Assembly (NCBI GenBank): GCA_964630485.1
Contig: CAZVUZ010000002.1
Location: 689 to 64,688 of the forward strand
DNA: 64,000 bases
DNA from: an uncultured Ignavibacteriales bacterium
Lineage (GTDB): Bacteria; Zixibacteria; MSB-5A5; GN15; FEB-12
Direction: 5' to 3'
The notes under the pieces were generated by a model. It searched no databases. It worked only from the letters and a program-made list of their open reading frames with translations, and was not told where the DNA came from. Positions 34,252 through 42,649 of the stretch are shown in pieces (position 1 is the stretch's first letter; each line of letters opens with the position of its first letter). Position numbers and translations under genes: made by a program.

Positions 34252-34602
34252 CTAGTTACCGGATGCTATCTTGGCCAGGTTACTGAAAGTCGTCATGTCG
34301 CGAGCGGCAATATCCGCCAGCGCCTTGCGATTGAGGTTCACACCGGCGTTTTTCAACCCTGCGATGAAGCTGGAGTAATTGGTGTCACACATTTTGGCCG
34401 CAGCCGAGATGCGTGCGATCCAGAGCGAACGGAAGACGCGTTTTTTGGCGCGACGATCCCGGTAGGCATACTTCATGCCCTTGTTGACCGTCTCCAGCGC
34501 CGTCCGATACAAGCTCCGACGGCCACCATAGTTACCGCGGGCCTTCTTCAGGACCTTCTTGTGACGCCGGTGAGCGGCGACGTTATTTTTTGCACGAGGC
34601 AT
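34252..34602 (-). CDS. rplT: 50S ribosomal protein L20
   Basis: MPRAKNNVAAHRRHKKVLKKARG.. is typical of L20. Confidence 0.95.
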   Translation of the reverse strand: MPRAKNNVAAHRRHKKVLKKARGNYGGRRSLYRTALETVNKGMKYAYRDRRAKKRVFRSLWIARISAAAKMCDTNYSSFIAGLKNAGVNLNRKALADIAARDMTTFSNLAKIASGN

Positions 34603-34639
34603 CTGTCATTATCTCCTGTTAAACAATATCGCTGCCGGC

Positions 34640-34834
34640 TTAATACGGCACCATTTTTTCTACCCGGGGCTGATCGGCTTTGGAGACCAGGCCCGACTTG
34701 CGCAACTGGCGGCGACGCTTGGGACTCATCTTGTTCAGGATGTGCGTCTTGTACGCTTTAAAGCGTTTGAACTTGCCAGAAGCCGTGCGCTTAAATCGCT
34801 TCGCGGCCGCTCGCCGTGTCTTGATCTTGGGCAT
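34640..34834 (-). CDS. rpmI: 50S ribosomal protein L35
   Basis: [24 protein letters not shown].. is typical of L35. Confidence 0.95.
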   Translation of the reverse strand: MPKIKTRRAAAKRFKRTASGKFKRFKAYKTHILNKMSPKRRRQLRKSGLVSKADQPRVEKMVPY

Positions 34835-34869
34835 CTATTTCCTTCTTTCTAAGCGCCACCGCCGGGAGG

Positions 34870-35514
34870 TCACTCGGCCTCTTTTGACGGCGTCGCACTT
34901 TCTTCTATATCAGGGACGGCCTCGGGAGGCTTGCTCTTTTTCGCATCCGGCTGCTTCTTGGCCTCCTGGACCGACGCGGCGGTTTTGACCTGTTTCAAAA
35001 CTTCCGAAGTCGGACTGAGAACCATACTCATGTTGCGCCCTTCGCGCTTGGGAGCCATATCGACCACAGCTATGTCAGCCATGTCTCCGGCGATGCGTTC
35101 CAGCAATATACGGCCGCGATCGGTGTAGGCTAGCTCCCGCCCGCGAAACATCACGTAAACTCTCACTTTACTGCCGGATATCAGGAAATCTCGGACATGG
35201 TTACACTTGAAATCGTAATCATGCTGGTCCGTCTTGGGACGATACCGCATTTCCTTCAATTGGAAGCTGTGCTGCCTTTTCTTGGCCGACTTATCCTTTT
35301 TCGACTGCTCGTACTTGAATTTGCCAAAATCAAGGATGCGACAGACGGGCGGACGACTGTTGGGGGAAACCTCAACCAGATCCAATTCATATTCGTGGGC
35401 CCGGTCGAGAGCCTCTTTTATCGGCACAATACCAAGCTGCTCGCCTTCGGGACCGATGAGCCTGACCGGAGTTACCCGAATCCGCTCATTGACCCTTAAA
35501 TTCTTGCTACTTAT
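34870..35514 (-). CDS. infC: Translation initiation factor IF-3, with a non-canonical ATA start
   Basis: The track ORF starts at GTG 35427. The conserved IF-3 N-terminus (RVNERIRVTPVRLIGPEGEQLGIV) is encoded in frame upstream of that GTG. The frame opens after TAA at 35527-35529. The only plausible initiator there is ATA at 35512-35514, 4 nt after GGAGGG. Confidence 0.85.
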   Translation of the reverse strand: MSSKNLRVNERIRVTPVRLIGPEGEQLGIVPIKEALDRAHEYELDLVEVSPNSRPPVCRILDFGKFKYEQSKKDKSAKKRQHSFQLKEMRYRPKTDQHDYDFKCNHVRDFLISGSKVRVYVMFRGRELAYTDRGRILLERIAGDMADIAVVDMAPKREGRNMSMVLSPTSEVLKQVKTAASVQEAKKQPDAKKSKPPEAVPDIEESATPSKEAE

Positions 35515-35529
35515 GTAACCCTCCTCTTA

Positions 35530-37476
35530 TCACCGATTCTCACTCTCATCCAATCCTTTGCTTTCTATCTCTTGCTTGAGGAACTCAAGAGCTTCCTCAA
35601 CAGACTTCACGCCAATGTCGCCGGCCTGGTGTTTTCTGACCGACACCGAACCGGCATCGGCCTCCCGGCCGCCGATGACAAACATATACGGCACTTTGAG
35701 AAGCTCGGCATCACGAATCTTCGAATTGACCTTCTCACTGCGCAAATCAACTTCCGCCCGTATGCCAGCCTCCTTGAGACGCTGCACCACCGACGAGGCG
35801 TACTCATTCACCTGATCGGTGATGGGCAACACCTTAACCTGGACCGGCGCCAGCCACAGCGGAAACTTTCCGGCATGGTGTTCTATAAGCACGCCGAAAA
35901 ACCGCTCGACGGAGCCGAGCAAGGCTCGATGAATCATAAACGGACGCTTCTGCTGACCGTCCGGGCCAATATAATGCAAATCGAAGCGTTCCGGCAAGGA
36001 AAAATCGAACTGAATGGTCGAACATTGCCAACTTCGATTGAGGGCATCTTTAATCTTAATATCGATTTTGGGGCCGTAAAAAGCGCCGCCGCCCTCATCG
36101 ACGTCGAATGCCAGCCCGGCCTTATTGAGCGCCTCGCGCAAGCCGTCCTGGGCTCGATCCCAGTCTTCCGGATCACCGATGGCTTTTTCCGGGCGAGTCG
36201 ACAGAAATATTTCGTAATTGGAGAAGCCGAACGACCGGAGCATATACACGCAGAAATTGAGCAGCCAGACCAGTTCCTCTTCCATGCCCTCCTGGGTCAC
36301 AAAATGATGGGCATCATCCTGCGTGAAGCCGCGCACACGCATCAGGCCGTGGAGCACCCCGGCTTTCTCGAACCGGTAAACCGTACCCAGCTCGGCCCAG
36401 CGCAACGGCAGGTCGCGGTAAGACCACAGCCTGGCCTGATACATGGCAATGTGGAAGGGGCAATTCATGGGCTTCAGTTGGAATTCGCGGCCCTCGACCT
36501 TCATCGGCTCAAACATATCTTCTTTATAATGGTCCAGGTGGCCGCTTTTATCCCAGAGCGACAGATTGGCCACGTGGGGGCTAAACACCAACTCATAGCC
36601 GTGCTTGAGGTGCTCCTCGCGCCAGAAATTCTCGATTTCATTGCGCACTCGCGCCCCGCGCGGAAGCCACAGCACCAGGCCGGCGCCGACTTCGTCGGAA
36701 ATGGTAAATAGCTCCAGCTGTTTCCCCAAAACCCGGTGGTCGCGCTTTTTGGCTTCCTCAATGCGCTCCAGGTACTCCTCGAGCATGGCCTTCTTCGGAT
36801 AGGACACACCGTAAATTCGCTGCAACATAGTGCGGTTTTCATCGCCGCGCCAATAAGCGCCGGAGGAGGCGGTCAGTTTAAAGGCCTTGATAATGCCTGT
36901 TCTGGGTATATGCGGTCCACGGCAAAGATCTTCAAAACGGGAGTGATTGTAAAACGACACTTTGTCGTCCTCAAGCCCGTCGAGAATCTCGACCTTGTAA
37001 TCGTTACCGCTGGAGCGATACTTTTCAATCGCTTCCTGCCGCGAACATTCGTGTCTCTCGAAGATGGCGTTTTCCGCGATAATCCTGGACATCCTTTTTT
37101 CGATCTGCTCAAGATCCTCGGGTGAGAAGGGCTTATCGACCTCAAAATCGTAATACCAGCCCTCGGCGATGGCGGGGCCGATTGCAAGTTTGGCGCCCGG
37201 AAACAACTCCTGCACCGCCTGGGCCATGATATGCGAACTGGAATGCCAGAAAACCTGGCGTCCTTCGGGATCGTCAAAGGTGAGAATCTCCAGGGGGACG
37301 TCGGTAAGTATACCTGCCCCGAGATCGGTCACATTGCCGTTGGCCCGGACCGCAATAGCGGCCTTGGCCAGGCGTGGCGAAATCGAATGGGCGACATCGT
37401 ATCCCGAGACGCCTTCCTCATATTCGCGGGTACTACCGTCCGGGAAAGTTATGGCAACCTGAGCCATCGAAGACAC
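35530..37476 (-). CDS. thrS: Threonine--tRNA ligase
   Basis: 648 aa with TGS N-terminus, the editing domain, class II core and the anticodon-binding domain. The start may be the Met three codons in. Confidence 0.95.
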   Translation of the reverse strand: MSSMAQVAITFPDGSTREYEEGVSGYDVAHSISPRLAKAAIAVRANGNVTDLGAGILTDVPLEILTFDDPEGRQVFWHSSSHIMAQAVQELFPGAKLAIGPAIAEGWYYDFEVDKPFSPEDLEQIEKRMSRIIAENAIFERHECSRQEAIEKYRSSGNDYKVEILDGLEDDKVSFYNHSRFEDLCRGPHIPRTGIIKAFKLTASSGAYWRGDENRTMLQRIYGVSYPKKAMLEEYLERIEEAKKRDHRVLGKQLELFTISDEVGAGLVLWLPRGARVRNEIENFWREEHLKHGYELVFSPHVANLSLWDKSGHLDHYKEDMFEPMKVEGREFQLKPMNCPFHIAMYQARLWSYRDLPLRWAELGTVYRFEKAGVLHGLMRVRGFTQDDAHHFVTQEGMEEELVWLLNFCVYMLRSFGFSNYEIFLSTRPEKAIGDPEDWDRAQDGLREALNKAGLAFDVDEGGGAFYGPKIDIKIKDALNRSWQCSTIQFDFSLPERFDLHYIGPDGQQKRPFMIHRALLGSVERFFGVLIEHHAGKFPLWLAPVQVKVLPITDQVNEYASSVVQRLKEAGIRAEVDLRSEKVNSKIRDAELLKVPYMFVIGGREADAGSVSVRKHQAGDIGVKSVEEALEFLKQEIESKGLDESENR

Positions 37477-37549
37477 GAACTCCTATTCATAGTCAAAATG
37501 CGGATTGCAGAGTGGACACCCACATCCGAAACCCGCTCAGAAAACAAAA

Positions 37550-37626
37550 TGGTGGGCGATACTGGAATTGAACCAGTGACCCCTTGCATGTCAAGCAAGT
37601 ACTCTAACCATCTGAGCTAATCGCCC
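37550..37626 (-). tRNA. tRNA-Val (anticodon GAC), CCA encoded
   Basis: I folded the minus-strand sequence GGGCGAT-TA-GCTC..GAGT-A-CTTGC-TTGACAT-GCAAG-GGGTC-ACTGG-TTCAATT-CCAGT-ATCGCCC-A-CCA by hand into a cloverleaf. The anticodon loop TTGACAT gives anticodon GAC. Confidence 0.9.
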
Positions 37627-37882
37627 ATCAACCATAAATCGTTACCCGTGAATAATTACCACCGGGCAACCACCTATTTTATATAACCTTACTTGATACG
37701 GGAGTTGTTCCTGTTTGTCAAGCCCATTTTGGGCCGAACACGCCAAAAAATGGTGTGCAGATCGACGACTTCCACCCTCGGCCGAAGGTAAAACGTCCCG
37801 ACTACCAATCTTATCGATCCGTTTGCGGGATTTATAACCATGGGGGAAAGATCTGAAGCCGGCGTGACGCCCCGATAAACCC

Positions 37883-38806
37883 TCAGCCCAGGCCGGCCAT
37901 TTGCATGAAAGTTTCGGCCTTGACATATTCCTCGCGGAGCAAGTCGTTGAAAACGGACAGGCTTTCATGATTCACCTGCATATATTCGAGAACGTTTTCA
38001 TCGACGGTGCCGATCCGGTAGGCTTCGCTCGTGTCGTAGAACGTGTCTTTGGCGATATAGTCGGAGAGGTAAACGATATAGGCCATGGGCGTATCCATGT
38101 CGCTCAGTTGCGGTCGGTGATGAAAAGCAATGGCCTTCATGGTATTCTCGGGCAATTTCCACTGGGCGGCCAGAACCCCGCCAAGTTGAGCGTGATTGTA
38201 GCCGAGTACGCGTTGCTCAATCTCCAAATCCGACGACTCCTGATCGTTCTCGCGGTCGCTCTTAAGCCGCGCGTTTTCGTCGGGAACGTAGCATGAAAGA
38301 ATCATCTTGCCGACATCATGTAGAAGGCCGGCCGAAAAGGCGGCATCAGGATCGACGACTCCGCGTGATTTGAGGTTTTTGGCCACCACACGGCAGCAAA
38401 AAGCAGTGGCCAACGAATGCCGCCAGTAGGCATCCTGGAATTCGCTGTCGAGTTCAGTGTTTTTGAACATACCCATGACGGAAGCGGAAAGCACGAGATT
38501 CTTAACTGCCTCCAAACCGACCATCACAACGGCTTGCTTAACGGACTCCACCTCTCGAGTGAGTCCGTAGTAGGCCGAGTTGGTAAGCTTGAGGACTTTG
38601 ACGGACATCGCCGGATCCTCGGAGAGTACTGCCGCCACCCGTGCCGCGGAGGCATTGGGGTCGTTAACAACTTTTTCGATCTGGTGAAATACAATTGGTG
38701 GCGTCGGCAGGTTTCTAACATTAGCAATGACCTGCTGCACCTTGTTGTCGATAGTCGCGATGTCCATCTTACGCTCGCTGCCCCTAACCTGTGTTGTCGT
38801 TTCCAA
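37883..38806 (-). CDS. HDOD-domain signalling protein
   Basis: LPTPPIVFHQI..V.DPNASAARVAAVLSEDPAMSVKVLKLTNSAYYG, plus the HD-like GLLHDVGK. The start may be ATG 38767 (MDIATID), which would remove the 23-nt overlap with the upstream ORF. Confidence 0.8.
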   Translation of the reverse strand: METTTQVRGSERKMDIATIDNKVQQVIANVRNLPTPPIVFHQIEKVVNDPNASAARVAAVLSEDPAMSVKVLKLTNSAYYGLTREVESVKQAVVMVGLEAVKNLVLSASVMGMFKNTELDSEFQDAYWRHSLATAFCCRVVAKNLKSRGVVDPDAAFSAGLLHDVGKMILSCYVPDENARLKSDRENDQESSDLEIEQRVLGYNHAQLGGVLAAQWKLPENTMKAIAFHHRPQLSDMDTPMAYIVYLSDYIAKDTFYDTSEAYRIGTVDENVLEYMQVNHESLSVFNDLLREEYVKAETFMQMAGLG

Positions 38807-39188
38807 ACTCTGACTCAGTAAGCTTATCGACTATTTGCTCGCGAATCTGAAGTTGCTCGTAGAAGCCGGACACTACTCTCTTCCTGACCAGCGCCAGCCG
38901 CCACACGCGGTACTGTCGCTCCAGGTCGTCCTCGGCAACATCTTCCCCGCCGAATTCCCGACCTTCGAGTCCGATACCCTCTTCGTAGCAATCGTCGAGG
39001 CTGATACCGGCGGCCAGCAGTTCACTGCGACCGGCATCGGCCAGAGTCATCAACTCTGCCCTCGTTCCAAGGGCCTTTGCGCCCGGCTCCGAATTTCGGC
39101 CGTCCCGCCTTCCGGTCAGGGCCGGCGTTCGCTTCGGCTCCCGGGCATTCTCCAACGGTTCACCGTTCGGCCTGGATCCCATTTGCAT
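38784..39188 (-). CDS. Hypothetical protein, possible FlgM-like anti-sigma-28 factor
   Basis: GAGGTG lies 5 nt upstream of the ATG. The N-terminal half is low-complexity and disorder-like. The C-terminus LVRKRVVSGFYEQLQIREQIVDKL loosely resembles the FlgM C-terminal pattern (..I..G.Y.vd...IAdkl). The flagellar context supports this. Confidence 0.35.
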   Translation of the reverse strand: MQMGSRPNGEPLENAREPKRTPALTGRRDGRNSEPGAKALGTRAELMTLADAGRSELLAAGISLDDCYEEGIGLEGREFGGEDVAEDDLERQYRVWRLALVRKRVVSGFYEQLQIREQIVDKLTESEFGNDNTG

Positions 39189-39270
39189 TGACGCACCTCA
39201 TTTCAGTTCCTATTGATGGTGACAGCCAAACCAATTACGTCATCGATCGCTCTATGCGATAGTGCCCCTT

Positions 39271-39738
39271 CTACTTCTTGTCATCCACGAACTGGGGTGA
39301 AGGATCGGCTTCACTGACGTACTGCATAATCTTATGACTATTCTGAAGCTCCCCCAGTTCCTCCTTAATACGCTCGTAGCGGTCATCGAGGTATTCACGG
39401 CTCTCGTTCACCAGGATCGTGTTTTTCCTGACCATGGTGGCGATGCTGTTGACCAGTTTTTTCACCTCGGGTTTAACGGCCGCCACCTTGAACATCTGAG
39501 GATTACGCGCCTTGAGAGCGGCGATTCTCTCCTCCGACTTCTTGATTCGCTGATGACAGCGTTCGACCTCCGCGAACAAATCCAGCAGGTGCTCGTCATT
39601 CTTAAATTTGATCGAGTCACGCTGCTTGTCAAGCGTTATGTAAAGCGACTGATAGAACGAATACTCTTCTTTGAGAACGAAAATCAACTCTCGTTCCAGC
39701 TGACTTATAGCGTTGTAGTCCATATTCTCCGAACTCAT
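39271..39738 (-). CDS. FlgN/FliT-like flagellar export chaperone paralogue
   Basis: 155 aa, all-helical, and similar in pattern to the FlgN at 52153..52638 (LxxExxxYxxLxxxLxxQxxxI, and a shared SREY segment within N.SREY). It overlaps the fliS stop by 4 nt. Confidence 0.5.
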   Translation of the reverse strand: MSSENMDYNAISQLERELIFVLKEEYSFYQSLYITLDKQRDSIKFKNDEHLLDLFAEVERCHQRIKKSEERIAALKARNPQMFKVAAVKPEVKKLVNSIATMVRKNTILVNESREYLDDRYERIKEELGELQNSHKIMQYVSEADPSPQFVDDKK

Positions 39739-40172
39739 GCCGACACTGTGAACCCATCGCCGATCGTCGGGGTCGTTTCCGACGCGGTCTGTTTTCCCTG
39801 CGGCCCTTGCTGTTCTTTCAGACCTGACCAGCCCCCGCGCAGGTTTTCGAATATGTGTATGATCTCGTCAATCTGCTCAAGGTCTTTCGTGGCCTGGACC
39901 ATGTTCGTCTGGTTGAGGGCAAAAGCGTACAGCTTGCCCAGTTGCTCGGCGATCTGACCACCCTTTTCGAAGTCAAGAGTGGTGTAGAGATGCGTCACGA
40001 AACGCTTCGCCTTCTCGAGTTGATCGAAGGCGGCCGCGGTATCCTTGCGGCGGCAGGCCTCGGAAGCGGCGCGATAGGCGCCAAGTAAACCATCGTAAAC
40101 CTTAAGAATCAATTCCAATTGCGACATCCCGATCGTGTCCATCGTCCGATAAGTATCCAGGTTGTTTGCCAC
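39735..40172 (-). CDS. fliS: Flagellar export chaperone FliS
   Basis: The pattern is LELILKVYDGLL.....A.......D.....L.KA..FV..L..TLDFEKGG.IA..L..LY.F. Confidence 0.9.
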   Translation of the reverse strand: MANNLDTYRTMDTIGMSQLELILKVYDGLLGAYRAASEACRRKDTAAAFDQLEKAKRFVTHLYTTLDFEKGGQIAEQLGKLYAFALNQTNMVQATKDLEQIDEIIHIFENLRGGWSGLKEQQGPQGKQTASETTPTIGDGFTVSA

Positions 40173-40189
40173 TCATTCCCTCTCTGTTG

Positions 40190-42532
40190 TTAATTTCCTC
40201 GACCGAAATTCCAGTTGTTGTTCAATAGTTCGATTTGAGACGAAAGGAAATCGGACTGGGAGTTCAACTCACTGAGAGCCAGTTCCATCTGGTAGAACTG
40301 CTCGTTGAGCGTCTCCCGCTTGAGTTCGAGCAACTCGTCCATATCCTCAATTCTCTCCACCAGCTCCTCGATCTGGGTTTCATAGGCATTGATGCGGCGG
40401 GCGAAAGTGCCGTCAACAGTGTCGGTGAGGCCGTCAATATAGTTGCCCACCCGCGACGCTATGCCCTGTGAGAGGGTAATGGAACCGTCCGCGCCGATAT
40501 TGTTCACCTGGGAGCTGTCGAGGGTGACCTTCAGAACCAGGCCGGCGGTATTCGGATTGTCGTCGGCGCCGGTCAGCAGTTGGCCGCTGCCTTCGGCCTT
40601 CTCGCCGTTAATCGTCCCCGCGACATCCTTACCAACGACGCTCATACCCTGCACCAGGCCCAGGGTCGAATATGCCGAGTCGGATATCGAGGTCATCATT
40701 TCGACTTTTGAACCCGAGCCGTAGGTGGAACTCTCGAACTGCAAATACCCCGATCCCGCCCCCGTGTCGACCCACTCGACCGCCACACCGCGACTGCCGA
40801 TTTTGCTGTCGGCGTCGATCTGGGACTGTATCTCGGAAACCAGTTGGGCAGACGAGTTATAGGTACCGGGCGTGAGCGTGAACTCCTCGGAAACAACCCC
40901 GTCGACCTTGATTTTGATGGTGTTGTTGGACTCGGTCAGGATCAGGGGAGTGAGCGCCGGGTCACTGGTATTGGTTCCGGCAAAGCGACCCTGACTGGCC
41001 GCCTGAGTAATATTTACTTCGTACGTCTCCCCCATTTTGGTATCGGTGCCGGCGGCCACGAATTCGATGTAGCCGTTGGTCGAGGCTCCCGAATTCGTGA
41101 ACAGTTTCGTCACACTCTCGAGGTTGTCCTCGATGGCTTCGGTCAGGCGGCTGGAGTTGACGATGCTGAGAGTTCCGTCGGAGCCGGTCCTGATCCCTAT
41201 CGAATAAAGCTGGTTATACCGTCCGGAGAGACCCTCCACCGTCGAAGTCACCGAGTTCCTGAGGGCACTCTGCATGCTCCACAGAGTGACATCTCCGAAA
41301 AGGATGCCAGACGCACCGGTATCAGAATTGAAAGTGTTCTGCGTATCGATGAAACCCACCACGGAATTGTAGGCGCTGATAAAACTATCGATATTATTCT
41401 TTATGGAAGACGAATCGATAGCCGTGTTGACGGTAATAGATTCGCCGGCGTCGGTCACTTTGACGGCCGTGACATCGAGGCCGCCGATAACATCGGCAAA
41501 GACATTGGTGTCCGAGGTTACCGTGATCGGCGACCCGACACCACCGCTGGAGCCCAGTGAGATCTGCGCATCGGCCGCCTCCTGCAAGGTGGTGCCGAAG
41601 GCTGTTACCTGAAACTCGTCGCCGCCGGATAGGATGCCGCTCCCGAGATTGAGCGACAGGCCATCGGCACCGTCGCCTTCAAGGAACACCTCTTCATCGG
41701 CCTGGCTCACTTCTATCGTCCCCGAATTGGTGCCGTCGGACCAGTTGAGCGTAATGGTATCAGCACCCACCGTCTGCTGACCCGAGCCGGCCACGGTGAA
41801 GGTATATATCTTGTTTTCGTTGGCGCTGAAAGCCGCCCCGGCGCCCAGTGAGATCGCGGCGCTGGAAGCGGGATCCATCGTGATCGCTTCCACGTCGTCG
41901 AAGGAACCCGCCGTATAATTCAGATCCGGGCCGCCGGTCAGGTCGCTCTGGATATGGATCTCGTTGCTGCGGCCGGTTTCGTTGGCGCTGAGAATGAGGC
42001 GATAGGCGTTCGAGGACGAACCATCATTAACGATCGTGGCACGCACCCCTGCACCGGAATCATTGATGGCATTCTTGATGCCGATCAGCGAGTTGTTGTT
42101 GGCATCGACGGTTATGGTCTTCGTGGCGCCTTCCCCGACGCTCAGCGAAATCGTGCCGCTGCCGAAAAGGGCCTCGGACTGCGATTCGAATCCCTGGCTG
42201 GCAATCTGGTGGTTGCGGGCCAGCGAAAGCACCCTCAGATCGTAAGAGCCGGATCCCACCGTTCCCGTCCGCGTGGCCGTCAGGTAGGAATCGTCAGAGA
42301 CGTTGACGGTTGCGGCATCGAAGCTGGAGGTTTGTTCGAGTCTGGCCAGAGCCGCATTGAGAGACAGAAACTGGGCCTCAAGGGCCTGGTAGGTGGAGAT
42401 TATGTTGGTGGTCTCGACCTGGCGCTCTTCGAGCAGGACAACTTCCTGACGCTCGATCTCGATCAGGGAATCGACGATCGAGGCGGTATCCATGCCCGAC
42501 GTAATACCGACGGTTGACTGTGTGCCCGGCAT
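40190..42532 (-). CDS. fliD: Flagellar filament cap protein FliD (HAP2), enlarged at 780 aa
   Basis: The N-terminus is ITSGMDTASIVDSLIEIERQ. The C-terminal coiled-coil has the FliD_C pattern (YETQIEEL...RYYQMELALSELNSQ-like). Confidence 0.9.
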   Translation of the reverse strand: MPGTQSTVGITSGMDTASIVDSLIEIERQEVVLLEERQVETTNIISTYQALEAQFLSLNAALARLEQTSSFDAATVNVSDDSYLTATRTGTVGSGSYDLRVLSLARNHQIASQGFESQSEALFGSGTISLSVGEGATKTITVDANNNSLIGIKNAINDSGAGVRATIVNDGSSSNAYRLILSANETGRSNEIHIQSDLTGGPDLNYTAGSFDDVEAITMDPASSAAISLGAGAAFSANENKIYTFTVAGSGQQTVGADTITLNWSDGTNSGTIEVSQADEEVFLEGDGADGLSLNLGSGILSGGDEFQVTAFGTTLQEAADAQISLGSSGGVGSPITVTSDTNVFADVIGGLDVTAVKVTDAGESITVNTAIDSSSIKNNIDSFISAYNSVVGFIDTQNTFNSDTGASGILFGDVTLWSMQSALRNSVTSTVEGLSGRYNQLYSIGIRTGSDGTLSIVNSSRLTEAIEDNLESVTKLFTNSGASTNGYIEFVAAGTDTKMGETYEVNITQAASQGRFAGTNTSDPALTPLILTESNNTIKIKVDGVVSEEFTLTPGTYNSSAQLVSEIQSQIDADSKIGSRGVAVEWVDTGAGSGYLQFESSTYGSGSKVEMMTSISDSAYSTLGLVQGMSVVGKDVAGTINGEKAEGSGQLLTGADDNPNTAGLVLKVTLDSSQVNNIGADGSITLSQGIASRVGNYIDGLTDTVDGTFARRINAYETQIEELVERIEDMDELLELKRETLNEQFYQMELALSELNSQSDFLSSQIELLNNNWNFGRGN

Positions 42533-42595
42533 GTGAACTCCTGTCGCTTATGACATCAATGTCCATGACCGGCCGTTTTGGACCGGAAATAACTC

Positions 42596-42617
42596 GGGGG
42601 GAGAATATTCTCCCCCC
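42596..42617 (-). terminator. Stem-loop terminator after fliC
   Basis: A perfect 22-nt palindrome GGGGGGAGAATATTCTCCCCCC lies 32 nt after the fliC stop. The downstream U-tract is weak (GAGUUAUUU). Confidence 0.5.
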
Positions 42618-42649
42618 CAGTTAAGATATCGGCTAAATCAGAGAATGGC

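Noticed and set aside
35572-36711. 379-aa plus-strand ORF
   Set aside because: It is antisense to thrS, which is unambiguous.
37642-37968. 108-aa minus-strand ORF between tRNA-Val and the HDOD gene
   Set aside because: It overlaps the 3' end of the HDOD gene in another frame. It has no SD, and its Arg/Ser/Cys-rich odd composition suggests it is spurious.
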